A stretch of DNA of 64,000 nt from Pelagomonas calceolata. Taxonomy: Eukaryota. The stretch covers positions 2,542,001 to 2,606,000 of the forward strand of contig CAKKNE010000005.1 in assembly GCA_918797485.1 (NCBI GenBank). The letters are read 5' to 3'. How positions within the stretch are numbered: position 1 is the first letter of the stretch; every line of letters starts with the position of its first letter. A program made the position numbers and the translations under genes. Of this stretch, positions 42,633 to 52,209 are shown piece after piece. The notes beneath the pieces were generated by a model. The model was not told the origin of the DNA. It saw only the letters and a list, made by a program, of their open reading frames with translations, and searched no databases.

Positions 42633-43624
42633 ATGCGTTTCCTGCTCTACGCCGCCGCTGCGGCAGCCCTCGCACCGCAGCAGCAGCACTCAGCAGCCCT
42701 CGATGCCGTCGAGCGCGCAATAGACGCAGCGGTCGCGAGCACGTCGCAACCGATCGAGGCGCTGCCGCCCGCCGAGCGCGAGTCCGTGGCGATTGCACGG
42801 CGGCTGCGGCGGCGGCTCGACTCCTTTGCGCGCAACGGCGACTGTCGGCGCGTGGCCCGCGTCTCGAAACTCGCTTCGTAAGTGCGCGATGCGGAACCCC
42901 TTTTTTGATGATTCACCGGAATTGCAAGCCTGTCGACAAAAATTTAGACTCCTTGAACTCGAGCGCACCGTCGCTTCGATATCGGCAATCGCTTGTCCCG
43001 CCGGCGTGCGCCTTACTTTATCATTACCGCAGGCGCTGCTGGCTGCAGCGCGCACACTGCGTCTGCGACAGCTGTAGGCCGCTCGATGATCTGGGACCCG
43101 CGGTCCGACGGATATACGTGTACATGCACCACAAGGAGGTTTTACTGGCCGTCGACACGGCGAAAATAATCCTTGCGGCGTATCCCGAGGCGCACCTAGT
43201 GGTAGCGGGTCTCAAAGGGCAGCCCACGGAGGCCGAGATGCGCGCGGCGCTGGAAGCTGGAGACGCCGTCGTGCTATTTCCGTCCGACGACGCGGCGCCG
43301 GCGTCGGCGCTCGCCGGACCCGTCGACGTCGTCGTCATTGACGGCACGTGGGAGCAGGCGCAAAAACTGAACGCGCGCCTGCCCGGCCGTCGCGCGAAAC
43401 TCGACGATGATATTGTTGACGAGCTGTCAAAGGGTGAGGGCCGCCAGCTGCGCTCCCACCCGACGGCCTGGCGCGAGGTCGGGACGCTCGCGGCGACGCG
43501 CCACTTCCTCGGGGCGCTCGGTGTGTCGTCGGCGCCGGTCCTGGCGGACTACCAGGCCGTCGCCGACGCGGCGGCCCGGCGGCAGCTCGGTCCGCCGCGC
43601 CTCTCCCCCAAGAGGCTTGTGTAA
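42633..43624 (+). CDS. DTW-domain tRNA-uridine aminocarboxypropyltransferase, organelle-targeted; exons 42633..42847 and 43033..43624
   Basis: The spliced product gives CRRCWLQRAHCVC, then MHHKE, VVLFPSDDA, VVVIDGTWEQAQKL and GTLAA. The N-terminus is signal-like (MRFLLYAAAAAAL). Confidence 0.85.
42848..43032 (+). other. 185-nt GC-AG intron, probably a decayed introner
   Basis: CG|GCGCGTGG ... TTACCGCAG|GCGCTGCT. The first intron bases duplicate the next exon's first bases, and removal rebuilds the CxxC of the DTW domain. Confidence 0.75.
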
Positions 43625-43650
43625 TTTGTGCTTTAAAACAGACAGAACAA

Positions 43651-44568
43651 TTATCCCCTCGACCGCGACCGGTGCCGCCGCGGCGCCTTGCGCTGGAGCG
43701 CGGGGTTGGCGAGTTGCGAGCCCCACGGCATCTCGCGCGAGCGCGATCGAGAGCGGCGCCGTCGCGACCGTCGTCGCCGCGAGCGCGACCGGCTCCTCCG
43801 ACGCCTCCCGCGCGACCGCCGCCGCCCGCGTGAGCGCGACCGTGACCGCCGCCGCCGTCCGCACGAGCGTGACCGCGACCGCGGGACGGCCGGCTCGGCG
43901 GCGGCTGGGGCCGGCACCTCGGCTCGGCTCTGAAACGCGATGATCGCGTTTCGCAGCGTGATATTTGGTCTCAGCTGCTTGTCAGCGAGCGGCTCGTTCG
44001 AGTGCGGCGACGTGTCGTGCCCTTTGAGCCACGCCTCGATCGCGGCGCGCTCGTACGAGCGACCGTCCGCGCACACGCAGGGGTCGACCATGGGCGCCTG
44101 GGTAATCGGACATATGAAGTCCTGGGGTAACGACGCGTCTTCGGCGGCCGGCTCGCCCGACGGCGGAGAGGCGGCGACCGGCGGCGGGAGCGACGGCTCG
44201 GGCGCGCTCTCCGGCGGCGGCGGAGGCGCGGCCGCCGGCGGAGCGGGAGCCGGTGAAGGCGGGGCGGCGACGGCGGGCGCCGGAGCGCCCTCGGGATCCA
44301 TCGTCCGCCGGCGACATCCTTGGCACAGCCACGTCGTCACGCCGTCGCCGTCTTGATCTAGGATCATGCCCTTTTTTTCGTCGTCGTCGTCGTCCGTGCC
44401 TCCAGGCAAGATGCAAGCGATGTGCGCGACGGGCGCGCGCTTGTGCCCAATCCTGGCGTCGTTCGAGCACCCGTCGCAGGACACGTCCGGTTCCTCGAAC
44501 GTCACTGGGCGCAGGAATTGTGCGCAAACGACGCACGGTTGCTGCGCGCGGCGGCGTCTCGGTGGCAT
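43651..44568 (-). CDS. U-box E3 ubiquitin ligase with N-terminal PHD-like zinc finger and RS-rich tail
   Basis: PQDFICPITQAPMVDP...DGRSYERAAIEAWL...TSP...LRPNITLRNAI (U-box); CVVC...CDGC...HIAC...WLCQGC (PHD-like); RSRSR tail. Confidence 0.88.
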   Translation of the reverse strand: MPPRRRRAQQPCVVCAQFLRPVTFEEPDVSCDGCSNDARIGHKRAPVAHIACILPGGTDDDDDEKKGMILDQDGDGVTTWLCQGCRRRTMDPEGAPAPAVAAPPSPAPAPPAAAPPPPPESAPEPSLPPPVAASPPSGEPAAEDASLPQDFICPITQAPMVDPCVCADGRSYERAAIEAWLKGHDTSPHSNEPLADKQLRPNITLRNAIIAFQSRAEVPAPAAAEPAVPRSRSRSCGRRRRSRSRSRGRRRSRGRRRRSRSRSRRRRSRRRRSRSRSREMPWGSQLANPALQRKAPRRHRSRSRG

Positions 44569-44870
44569 GGCTGCTGATTGGCAGCCTCTTGCTCCTGCAG
44601 CCTTTGCTGCCTCTGCAGTCAAGGTGCCACGGCTCACCGGAGTTTCAGAGCTGGATGGTTGGATCGTGGCAGACGTCTGGCATTGTTCAAACGTATCTAA
44701 GGCCACCGGTGCGCCGAACGCAGCCTGATTTTAGCTCGGTGCTGCCCACAGACATCTACAGACAAAGGTGACTTGGTTGCCTTGAGCGGGACGCGTTCCG
44801 AGAAACAGAGGAGTCTTCGGGCGGCGAGGAGCCCCCTCTAAGAGTCGAAACCGGCCGGCTGTTTGTCATC

Positions 44871-44892
44871 CTAGTGTGTTTGCGCGCGCTAG
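44871..44892 (-). promoter_or_regulatory. CTAG-bounded intergenic motif (variant)
   Basis: Reverse complement CTAGCGCGCGCAAACACACTAG, between divergent U-box(-) and SMC4(+). Confidence 0.5.
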
Positions 44893-45232
44893 CTCGTCCG
44901 AAGTGCAGGCAGTTTGAGCTCCGCGCTGGGCCGCTGAGCCGCATCGAGCGTAATCACTCCTCTCGTGCAGCGCTCGGAAGACTTGGAGACCTGTTCCTGG
45001 GACGCAGCCGCAGCTTGTTACGCCGGTAGCGTCTATACCGGCTTTTTTAGCTCGAGCGCGCAGACGCCCTAAAAGCCGTCGCGCGACGTAACGAGCGTAA
45101 CAGCGACCCGTAGCGGACGACCACAGCCCCTGTCGCCGTCGCCGCGCTAAAGAAACCGGTAGCGGAAGCCGACAGTCACATTTGCCGCCACCGCGCAAGA
45201 ACCGCGGACGCAAACCACGAACGTAACAACCA

Positions 45233-48200
45233 ATGGCGGACGCCGACGCCACCATGGGCGACGCGCCGGCTTCTCGCCTGATGATCACGAAGATGGTCCT
45301 CGAGAACTTCAAATCTTATGGAGGCGTGAGGGAGATCGGGCCCTTCCACAAGCGCTTCTCAAGTGTCGTCGGGCCCAATGGGTCCGGCAAGTCCAACGTC
45401 ATCGACGCGATGCTCTTCGTCTTCGGCAAGCGCGCCAAGAAGCTGCGATTGAACAAAGTCTCGGAACTCATCCACCGCTCGGAACAGTACCCGAACCTAG
45501 ATAGTGCTAGAGTATCCGTGCACTTCGCCGACGTGCTCGACGAGGACGGCGCCGACCCGGACTCATTTACCATCGTCGAAGGGAGTGAGTTAGTCGTCTC
45601 GAGGACGGCCTTCAGCTCGAACCAGTCGAAGTATGATGTCGATGGTAAGGCTGCCACGTTCAAGGAAGTCGGCGCGTTGCTCCGAAGGAAGGGCATCGAC
45701 CTGGACAACAACCGCTTCCTCATCCTCCAGGGCGAGGTCGAGCAGATCGCCATGATGAAGCCCAAGGCCCCCTCGCCTCATGAAGAAGGTTTGTTGGAAT
45801 ATTTGGAGGACATTATTGGGTCGAACAACTACGTCGAGCCCATCGAGGCGGCCTCTCAAAAAGTCGACGAGGCCTGCGAAGCTCGAACGGAGAAGCTGAA
45901 TCGTCTCAAAGTTACGGAGAAGGAGCGCGAGTCCCTTTCAGCTGCTCGTGATGAGGCCGAGGCCTTTGTTGGTGCCGAGGACGCGTTGAGGCGGCAGCGG
46001 AACTTGTTATATCAGGTGTCGCGGCACGAGGCCGCGTCGAACGTTGCTCTTGTTGAGGGTCGGCACGCCGAGCTCTCGCAGCGATTGAAGGAGGAAGGCG
46101 AGAAGCGCAAAGCCGTAGAAAAGTCTTTACAAGGAGACGTCGCCGAGGCCAAAGCGCTGGAGACGAGCTATGCGGAGGCCTCGAAGGCGCTGGACGAGGC
46201 GTCGAGTCGAGCGACGGAGGCCGAGAAGCGCGCCGCCGAACTCACGGAAGGGCGGAAACATAGAGTCGTAGCTCTACGGAAGGCCGAGGCCGCGAGGAAG
46301 AAGGAGCAGGCCGTGATTCAGGAGAAGGAGGAGTTCATTCGCGAGCAGTTGGAAGAGGAGCAACCTAGGTGCGCCAAGAAGGCTGAGGTCATGTCCCGCA
46401 AGGCCGACGAGGCCGAGGCGGCTTTGGATGGGGTGCGGGAGGCCTGCGCGGCCGAGACGGCCTCGGCGCAAAAAGCTCTTGACGATAAAACTTCCAGTGA
46501 TTTGGCGCCGTTGACGGAGAAGCTCTCCGAGGCGGAAGCGGCGGTGCGCGAAGTGCAAGATGAGTTGGACGTGGTCCTGGACGGCCCCCGGGCCGCGCAG
46601 ACCGAACTAGAAGCCGTGGAGGCCAAGCTCGCGTCGGCCGACGAGGAACGCGCCGGTAAGGAAGAGAAGCTTCGAACAGCGAAGAAGGACGTGGCTGACC
46701 TGCGGAAGAAGGCGTCGACCTACGAGAAGCAGCTCGGCGAGGACGGGTCCCTCGTGAAGAAGCGGCGCCAGGCCGAAAGTGCGCGGGATGCGGCCCTCCA
46801 GCGGTTAGAAGATGCGAAAGCACTTCTACAGCGCCAGAAGGAGAGCAACAACAAGGCCAGCAATAGTGTGGTCGGCGAGGTCCTCAAGGCCGCGAGGAAA
46901 GGGTCTCTCTCGTCATGTGGAGTGTGCGGCCGACTCGGCGACCTAGGCTCGATAGACCCCAAGTACGACGTCGCCGTGTCGACGGCGGCGGACATGCTCG
47001 ATCATGTGGTCGTCGAGACCGCTGCCGGGGGTCAGAAGTGCATTGAGTTTTTACGGGCCAAAAACTTGGGCCGGGCGAACTTTATAGTGTTAGATCAGGT
47101 GAAGAAGGCCAAAGGAAAGCCGACGACGCCGGATAACGCTCCGAGACTACTTGACTTGATCGAGATCTCGGACCCGAAGTACGCCGATGCCTTCGCGATG
47201 ACGCTGCGGGATACACTAGTTGCGGAGTCGCTCGACGAGGCCGTGAAGCTCGCCTATCGGCCCGACAATTCGCGGTGGAGAGTCGTCACGACGAAGGGTC
47301 AACTTATTGATACCTCTGGTACCATGTCAGGAGGTGGGGGCAAACCGCGGCAAGGGAGGATGCTGTTGGACGGCGAAGCTACTGTTGCCATCGCCCAATG
47401 TGCCGCGCAGGAGGACGAGGTCAAGGAAAAAGATTTACCTCCCTTGGAGAAGGCTTGTGTTAAGGCTACGAAAGACGCGGAAAAGGCCTCTGAACAAGTG
47501 AGAGTAGCGGAGGAGGCGTTGGCTGACCTGGAACGGCAGATCCGTCGTTTAGAAGATCTCGTGATGCCGACCTTGGAAGCGGAGATCGGCGCGGTCGAAG
47601 CGACGTGCAAGCAGCTCCAGCCGCGGCTCGAGACGTTGCGGAAGGCTACCGTCGTCGATGCCGCGACGAAAAAGAAGTGTGCTGCCTTAGAGAAGAAGCT
47701 TGGAACCTTGGAAGCGTCCAGAGACAAGGCCAAGAAGGCCTTCGACGTCGTCGACGCCGAGGTGCAGGAACTGCGAGCCGCGGTCGTCGACGCGGGCGGC
47801 GACCCTCTCAGAAAAGCTCTGGCCAAGGCGGAAATTTGCAGACAATTAGCCGACGACGCGTCCAACGAAGTGGAAAGCATTGCCGTGCAGGTGAAGGCCG
47901 CGGAGAAGGCCCTCAAGAAGGCCAAAAAAGCCTACGACAAGGCCGACGCGGATGCTACGCGATTAAAGGAGGATGTCGATGGCTCGCAGGAGGAGCTCGA
48001 GCGAATCGCCGCGGAGAAGGATGAGGTCTTACAAGCTAAGGTACAAGCCCAGCAAGCTTGTGATAGCGCGGCGAACGCCCTGTCCGTGAAGAAGGCTGAA
48101 TTAGAAACCTTATCCCAGGACGCCGACGCCATCAAGGCCGTGGAAGTGGACATCCAGAATCAAGTGGATGACTACGCGCGCGCCTTGAAGGACAACGGCA

Positions 48201-49306
48201 AAAAACAGAAGCAGTGCGACGCGTTGCTCAAGGAATTGCGAGCGGAGCACGCGGCGGAAGTGCGGGACTTCGCCCAAGTGTTCCAGGAGATGGATGCTCG
48301 GAAGCGGGAGGAGGCGCGCGAGGCGGCGTTAGTCGGTGGCGCCGCGCCGATGGACGAGGACGCTCCGCCGCCGGTGCCGGAGGAGGGCGCCATGGACGAG
48401 GACGCGGCACCGGCCGACGCCGACGCTGATGCGCCTCCGCCCGTACCCGAGGAGGGCGACGGCGCCGCACCGGCCGAGCCGGAGGCGGCTGCCGCCCCTC
48501 CGCCCGCGCCCGAGACCGACGAGCGGCCCTGGGAGACGCTGCCTTCACTAGATACGGAAACCTTGAAGAGCGCCGACAAGGAGCAAATTAAATATGATAT
48601 AGCGGTCCTGGAAGAAGAGCGCGACCGCCTCAAGAAGATTTGTAATCTGGACACGATCCGCCAGTACCGCGAGAAGGAGTCCGAGTACCAGGAGCGACTC
48701 ACGGAGCTAGAGAAGGCGACGGACGTGAGGAACACCTGTCGGGAGAAGCTCGAGGACTTGCGGAAGAAAAGATTAGATGAGTTCATGGCGGGATTTGCCA
48801 GAATCACATTAAAGCTCAAGGAGATGTACCAGATGATCACGTTGGGCGGCGACGCGGAACTAGAGTTAGTCGACTCCTTAGATCCGTTCTCGGAGGGCGT
48901 CGTGTTCAGCGTACGACCGCCGAAGAAGTCCTGGAAGCACATCGCGAACTTGAGCGGTGGCGAGAAGACGCTGTCGTCCTTAGCTCTAGTCTTCGCGCTG
49001 CACCACTACAAGCCCACGCCGCTCTACGTCATGGACGAGATCGACGCGGCGTTGGACTACAAGAACGTGTCCATTATTGCGAACTACATCAAGGACCGGT
49101 GCACGTCGGCGCAGTTCGTGATCATTTCTTTGAGAAACAACATGTTCGAGCTCGCGGACCGATTAACGGGCGTCTACAAGACGCACAACGTGACGAAGAC
49201 GATCACGATCTCGCCGGCGGCCTTCGCGGCGACGCTGTCGGGGTTGCCGGCGCCGCCCTCGAACGCGCTCGGCGACGCGACGAACACTGCTGTTGCGGCG
49301 CAGTAG
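45233..49306 (+). CDS. SMC4: Structural maintenance of chromosomes protein 4 (condensin subunit)
   Basis: GPFHKRFSSVVGPNGSGKSNVIDAMLFVFG, IDLDNNRFLILQGEVEQIAMMKPK, hinge GRLGDLG and SGTMSGGG, RPPKKSWKHIANLSGGEKTLSSLAL, Walker B YVMDEIDAALD. Confidence 0.97.
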   Translation: MADADATMGDAPASRLMITKMVLENFKSYGGVREIGPFHKRFSSVVGPNGSGKSNVIDAMLFVFGKRAKKLRLNKVSELIHRSEQYPNLDSARVSVHFADVLDEDGADPDSFTIVEGSELVVSRTAFSSNQSKYDVDGKAATFKEVGALLRRKGIDLDNNRFLILQGEVEQIAMMKPKAPSPHEEGLLEYLEDIIGSNNYVEPIEAASQKVDEACEARTEKLNRLKVTEKERESLSAARDEAEAFVGAEDALRRQRNLLYQVSRHEAASNVALVEGRHAELSQRLKEEGEKRKAVEKSLQGDVAEAKALETSYAEASKALDEASSRATEAEKRAAELTEGRKHRVVALRKAEAARKKEQAVIQEKEEFIREQLEEEQPRCAKKAEVMSRKADEAEAALDGVREACAAETASAQKALDDKTSSDLAPLTEKLSEAEAAVREVQDELDVVLDGPRAAQTELEAVEAKLASADEERAGKEEKLRTAKKDVADLRKKASTYEKQLGEDGSLVKKRRQAESARDAALQRLEDAKALLQRQKESNNKASNSVVGEVLKAARKGSLSSCGVCGRLGDLGSIDPKYDVAVSTAADMLDHVVVETAAGGQKCIEFLRAKNLGRANFIVLDQVKKAKGKPTTPDNAPRLLDLIEISDPKYADAFAMTLRDTLVAESLDEAVKLAYRPDNSRWRVVTTKGQLIDTSGTMSGGGGKPRQGRMLLDGEATVAIAQCAAQEDEVKEKDLPPLEKACVKATKDAEKASEQVRVAEEALADLERQIRRLEDLVMPTLEAEIGAVEATCKQLQPRLETLRKATVVDAATKKKCAALEKKLGTLEASRDKAKKAFDVVDAEVQELRAAVVDAGGDPLRKALAKAEICRQLADDASNEVESIAVQVKAAEKALKKAKKAYDKADADATRLKEDVDGSQEELERIAAEKDEVLQAKVQAQQACDSAANALSVKKAELETLSQDADAIKAVEVDIQNQVDDYARALKDNGKKQKQCDALLKELRAEHAAEVRDFAQVFQEMDARKREEAREAALVGGAAPMDEDAPPPVPEEGAMDEDAAPADADADAPPPVPEEGDGAAPAEPEAAAAPPPAPETDERPWETLPSLDTETLKSADKEQIKYDIAVLEEERDRLKKICNLDTIRQYREKESEYQERLTELEKATDVRNTCREKLEDLRKKRLDEFMAGFARITLKLKEMYQMITLGGDAELELVDSLDPFSEGVVFSVRPPKKSWKHIANLSGGEKTLSSLALVFALHHYKPTPLYVMDEIDAALDYKNVSIIANYIKDRCTSAQFVIISLRNNMFELADRLTGVYKTHNVTKTITISPAAFAATLSGLPAPPSNALGDATNTAVAAQ

Positions 49307-49346
49307 ACCCTTCCCCCCTCCTAAGCTCTCTGAAAATACACACTAG

Positions 49347-49559
49347 TTACTCCTTGGCCTCGGCGGCGCCCTCGTCCTTGGCCTCGGGCGTCGCCTCCGT
49401 CGCCTCGCTCCGCGCTGATTTTACACCGGCGAACATGGCTTTGAGCTCGGCCTCCTGCGCGGCGCGGGCCTTCGCGTCCATGGTCACCATCATGGGGTCC
49501 TCGAGGTGCTCGCCCTTCTTGCTCGGGTCGTGGTCGGGGCCCAATTGTGATGGGTCCAT
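49347..49559 (-). CDS. Small hypothetical protein (~70 aa)
   Basis: ATG-initiated ORF with GC-ending codons, convergent with SMC4. No recognisable domain, and the 5' end is uncertain. Confidence 0.45.
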   Translation of the reverse strand: MDPSQLGPDHDPSKKGEHLEDPMMVTMDAKARAAQEAELKAMFAGVKSARSEATEATPEAKDEGAAEAKE

Positions 49560-49839
49560 CTTTCCTGGACTCGGCGGCGCCGCGGCGCTGCTTGGGTCGT
49601 TCTTCTTTCTTGTATTACTTCGCCGGCGCACGGGGTCGTCTAGCGTCCCTGAGCAAACTTGTGCTGCTTGGCTCTTTTTGTGTGGGGAGCTAGTTGTGGC
49701 TCTGGCGGCGGCGTCACCGCACAGCAGCTCACGCGGCGCGGTACGCGTCTCGCAATCACCGAAGGCGCGTCCACAAGCTGCCCGGCGCGTAAAAGTGCGC
49801 TCGTTTCCGTTTGAAACACCGGATGATCACATCGCCTAG

Positions 49840-49860
49840 CTAGTATGTATATTGCGCTAC
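49840..49860 (-). promoter_or_regulatory. CTAG-bounded intergenic motif (degenerate copy)
   Basis: Reverse complement GTAGCGCAATATACATACTAG, between divergent genes at 49559(-) and 50103(+). Confidence 0.35.
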
Positions 49861-50102
49861 GTATCCGCGGCGCAGCGAGTCCTCCCGCCCCGTCCGTACT
49901 CCTCGTCGGGCGGCAAAAGTGCCGCCGTCGAGAGGACGTACGGGCTCTCGGGACGCGCCATCTCCCGGCGCTGCCCTTGGGACGAGCGGGCGCCGCACGC
50001 CATCGACGCGGCGGGCAGCAATACTTGGTCAAGCGCCATCCACCACTCGCATTTGTAGCATCGGTAGCAGCTTTGGCTGCCCCCTGGCACACACAGTGCA
50101 CC

Positions 50103-51842
50103 ATGCTCGCGCCCCCCTCCCCCACGAAGACGGACCGCGGCCGCGTGTCCTTCGCGCGCAAGGCGACCTATTCGGAACTCACGGCGAGCGCGACGCCGAG
50201 CATCGTTTCACGCTTACCGCCCGGCTCGTTGCACGGCGTCCGCCGCGACACCTCGATTGATGCGGGCCCCGCATCAAAATGGCTCCGCGACGGTTTATCA
50301 TCAGCGGCCGATGCGAATGAAGCGCTGCGCGTGGTCGAGACGATTTTTATCAGTGACGGGGTGGTCACGGATTGGTTGGGGTGTACGCCGCAGGGCATAC
50401 TCAAGAGGAGGCCCACGCCTTCAAGAAAGGACGCCTGGCCGGCCGTCTTCCGGGCGCTCGGCCCGAAGCGCGACCTGGAAATAAGGAACGCGACGCGGGC
50501 TCGGAGAGCGTCGGAGTTAGCGCGGAAGAAGAAAGTGGCCATTGTCTGGTGCGACGACGGCAGCGGTTCTTTGAAACGCTACGGCCTCACGACCCAAGAA
50601 CTTGAAATATTATGCTGCTTCGAGCACCAGCGCGCGAACGACAACAAACATTTGGGGAGTTGGGCCGTCGACTCCGAGCGAGCTATCAGTGCAAGGCGCA
50701 TGGTCGTGGCGCTGCAACGGTATGAACCACCACCAACATGTTGCAAGGGCGCCGGCGTCTTCACGCAGTCCTACGAGCGGGGACGGCCTCGACCGATTCT
50801 GACGTCCGTCGAACTACGAACAAAACTGAAAACGCCGACGTGCGAGGACTGCCCCGAATCGCTATTACCAGGCCCCGTGCTCGACGCGAAGGACGAAGCT
50901 GCGGCAAGGATGCCGTGGGGCGCCCCCCAGAAAGAGCACCTCGAGAACGAGTCCCTGTTACAAGAGGAGGCGCCGCCCGTTATTGGTAGCGTGGCGAGCG
51001 GCACGGCGTCGCAACTGCGAGACGCGGGTTTAGCTGTCCCTGTTGGGGGCGAGTTCCGCCGTCGATTGGGCGACGCGATCGATAGTGTCGTAAGGGTGCT
51101 GCAGCGCCACACGAAAAGACGAGTTACATCAATAACCTGCGACTTTCTATTTGGTGCCGACGAGGAATGTTACTTGTTGTGCTGCCGGGGCGTGTCGCTC
51201 CTCGCTGTTAAAGCTAGACATCTCCAGCCGCCGGCGCCGACGTCGCCGGCGACGGGGCGGTTGCTTCCCGTCGAATTCACGGAGGAATCAGAAGAAGAGG
51301 AGGAGCCGGAGCCGGAACCCGAGCCCGAGAAGTACGAAGTCTGGCATCCACCCCCAGGCCAGGACTCGATTCATAATAGGGCCAACTCCGCGTTCGAAGA
51401 CCGGCAGTTCGTCGAATGGCTCTGCGAGGTGAACGCGCCGCCCAGATACGTGCCACCGAAAAAGAAGAGCGCTGTTATGAGTTCGAAGATGGTCGGCGTG
51501 CTGTCGCGCCGACTGACGATGTCGCGCACTTCTATAGCAGCAGCGAAGGAGGCCGCGCGTCTGGAGGAGGAGCGAAAAGAGGCCGAAGCTCGGGAACTCG
51601 CGGGCCCGCCGTCCGAGGCCGTCGTGGCCGCGCGCGAGATCGAGGACACCGTCGCGGCGATGGAGGCGAGGCTTCATGATAGGTTGTCCCGGTCGCTGAG
51701 GGGCGAGAAGGTGTGCAAACTGAACCACAGGCAGATGCTGCGCCGCGTGAAGCAGGCGCTGCGGGCGCCCAAGGTCGTTCCCGCTTCTGGTGCGCCGGCG
51801 CCGGCGCCCGGGGGCGTGCCGGAGGCGCCGGTGCCGGGGTAA
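50103..51842 (+). CDS. Hypothetical protein
   Basis: Long ORF with protein-like composition from ACCATG at 50103. No family recognised. Confidence 0.65.
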   Translation: MLAPPSPTKTDRGRVSFARKATYSELTASATPSIVSRLPPGSLHGVRRDTSIDAGPASKWLRDGLSSAADANEALRVVETIFISDGVVTDWLGCTPQGILKRRPTPSRKDAWPAVFRALGPKRDLEIRNATRARRASELARKKKVAIVWCDDGSGSLKRYGLTTQELEILCCFEHQRANDNKHLGSWAVDSERAISARRMVVALQRYEPPPTCCKGAGVFTQSYERGRPRPILTSVELRTKLKTPTCEDCPESLLPGPVLDAKDEAAARMPWGAPQKEHLENESLLQEEAPPVIGSVASGTASQLRDAGLAVPVGGEFRRRLGDAIDSVVRVLQRHTKRRVTSITCDFLFGADEECYLLCCRGVSLLAVKARHLQPPAPTSPATGRLLPVEFTEESEEEEEPEPEPEPEKYEVWHPPPGQDSIHNRANSAFEDRQFVEWLCEVNAPPRYVPPKKKSAVMSSKMVGVLSRRLTMSRTSIAAAKEAARLEEERKEAEARELAGPPSEAVVAAREIEDTVAAMEARLHDRLSRSLRGEKVCKLNHRQMLRRVKQALRAPKVVPASGAPAPAPGGVPEAPVPG

Positions 51843-51878
51843 GTTTATTGACTGTGTATTATTTAGTTTTATCTGAAC

Positions 51879-52061
51879 TTAGGAACTCCCCGGCGACGAC
51901 GGCGTTTCGCGGGCGCGGAGCGCGGCTCGCGCGTTTTGCAGGGACTTCTCAGCCACCTTTGTGGTCGGGTGCGCGCCGCCGAACACGCGCCGCACGATCC
52001 GTTCCGTGTCCTCGAGCGTCGTCACGGCCTCGCGGAGATCGTCGAGCGTGGCGCTGTCGTC
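51879..52061 (-). pseudogene. Orphan 3' end of a helical-repeat gene family (...ATLDDLREAVTTLEDTERIVRRVFGGAHP...ARAALRARETP)
   Basis: The minus frame reads DDSATLDDLREAVTTLEDTERIVRRVFGGAHPTTKVAEKSLQNARAALRARETPSSPGSS*. I recall this C-terminal signature from an expanded pelagophyte family. There is no start codon or upstream part. Confidence 0.65.
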
Positions 52062-52194
52062 GCTGCGCGAACACGCGAAAGCGCGAGAGCGCCTCGCCGA
52101 CGCCCGCGCGTCGTCCGAGCAATTGGCGCTCGCGGCCCTCGCCTTCGTCGCCGCGGTGGCGTTCCTCGCCGGCCGCCGCTACCTCAGGAGGTAA
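52060..52194 (+). pseudogene. Orphan 3' end of a tail-anchored-like gene
   Basis: SLREHAKARERLADARASSEQLALAALAFVAAVAFLAGRRYLRR* (helix, TM, basic tail) with no plausible 5' part. Confidence 0.45.
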
Positions 52195-52209
52195 TAACAC
52201 GATTCGACA

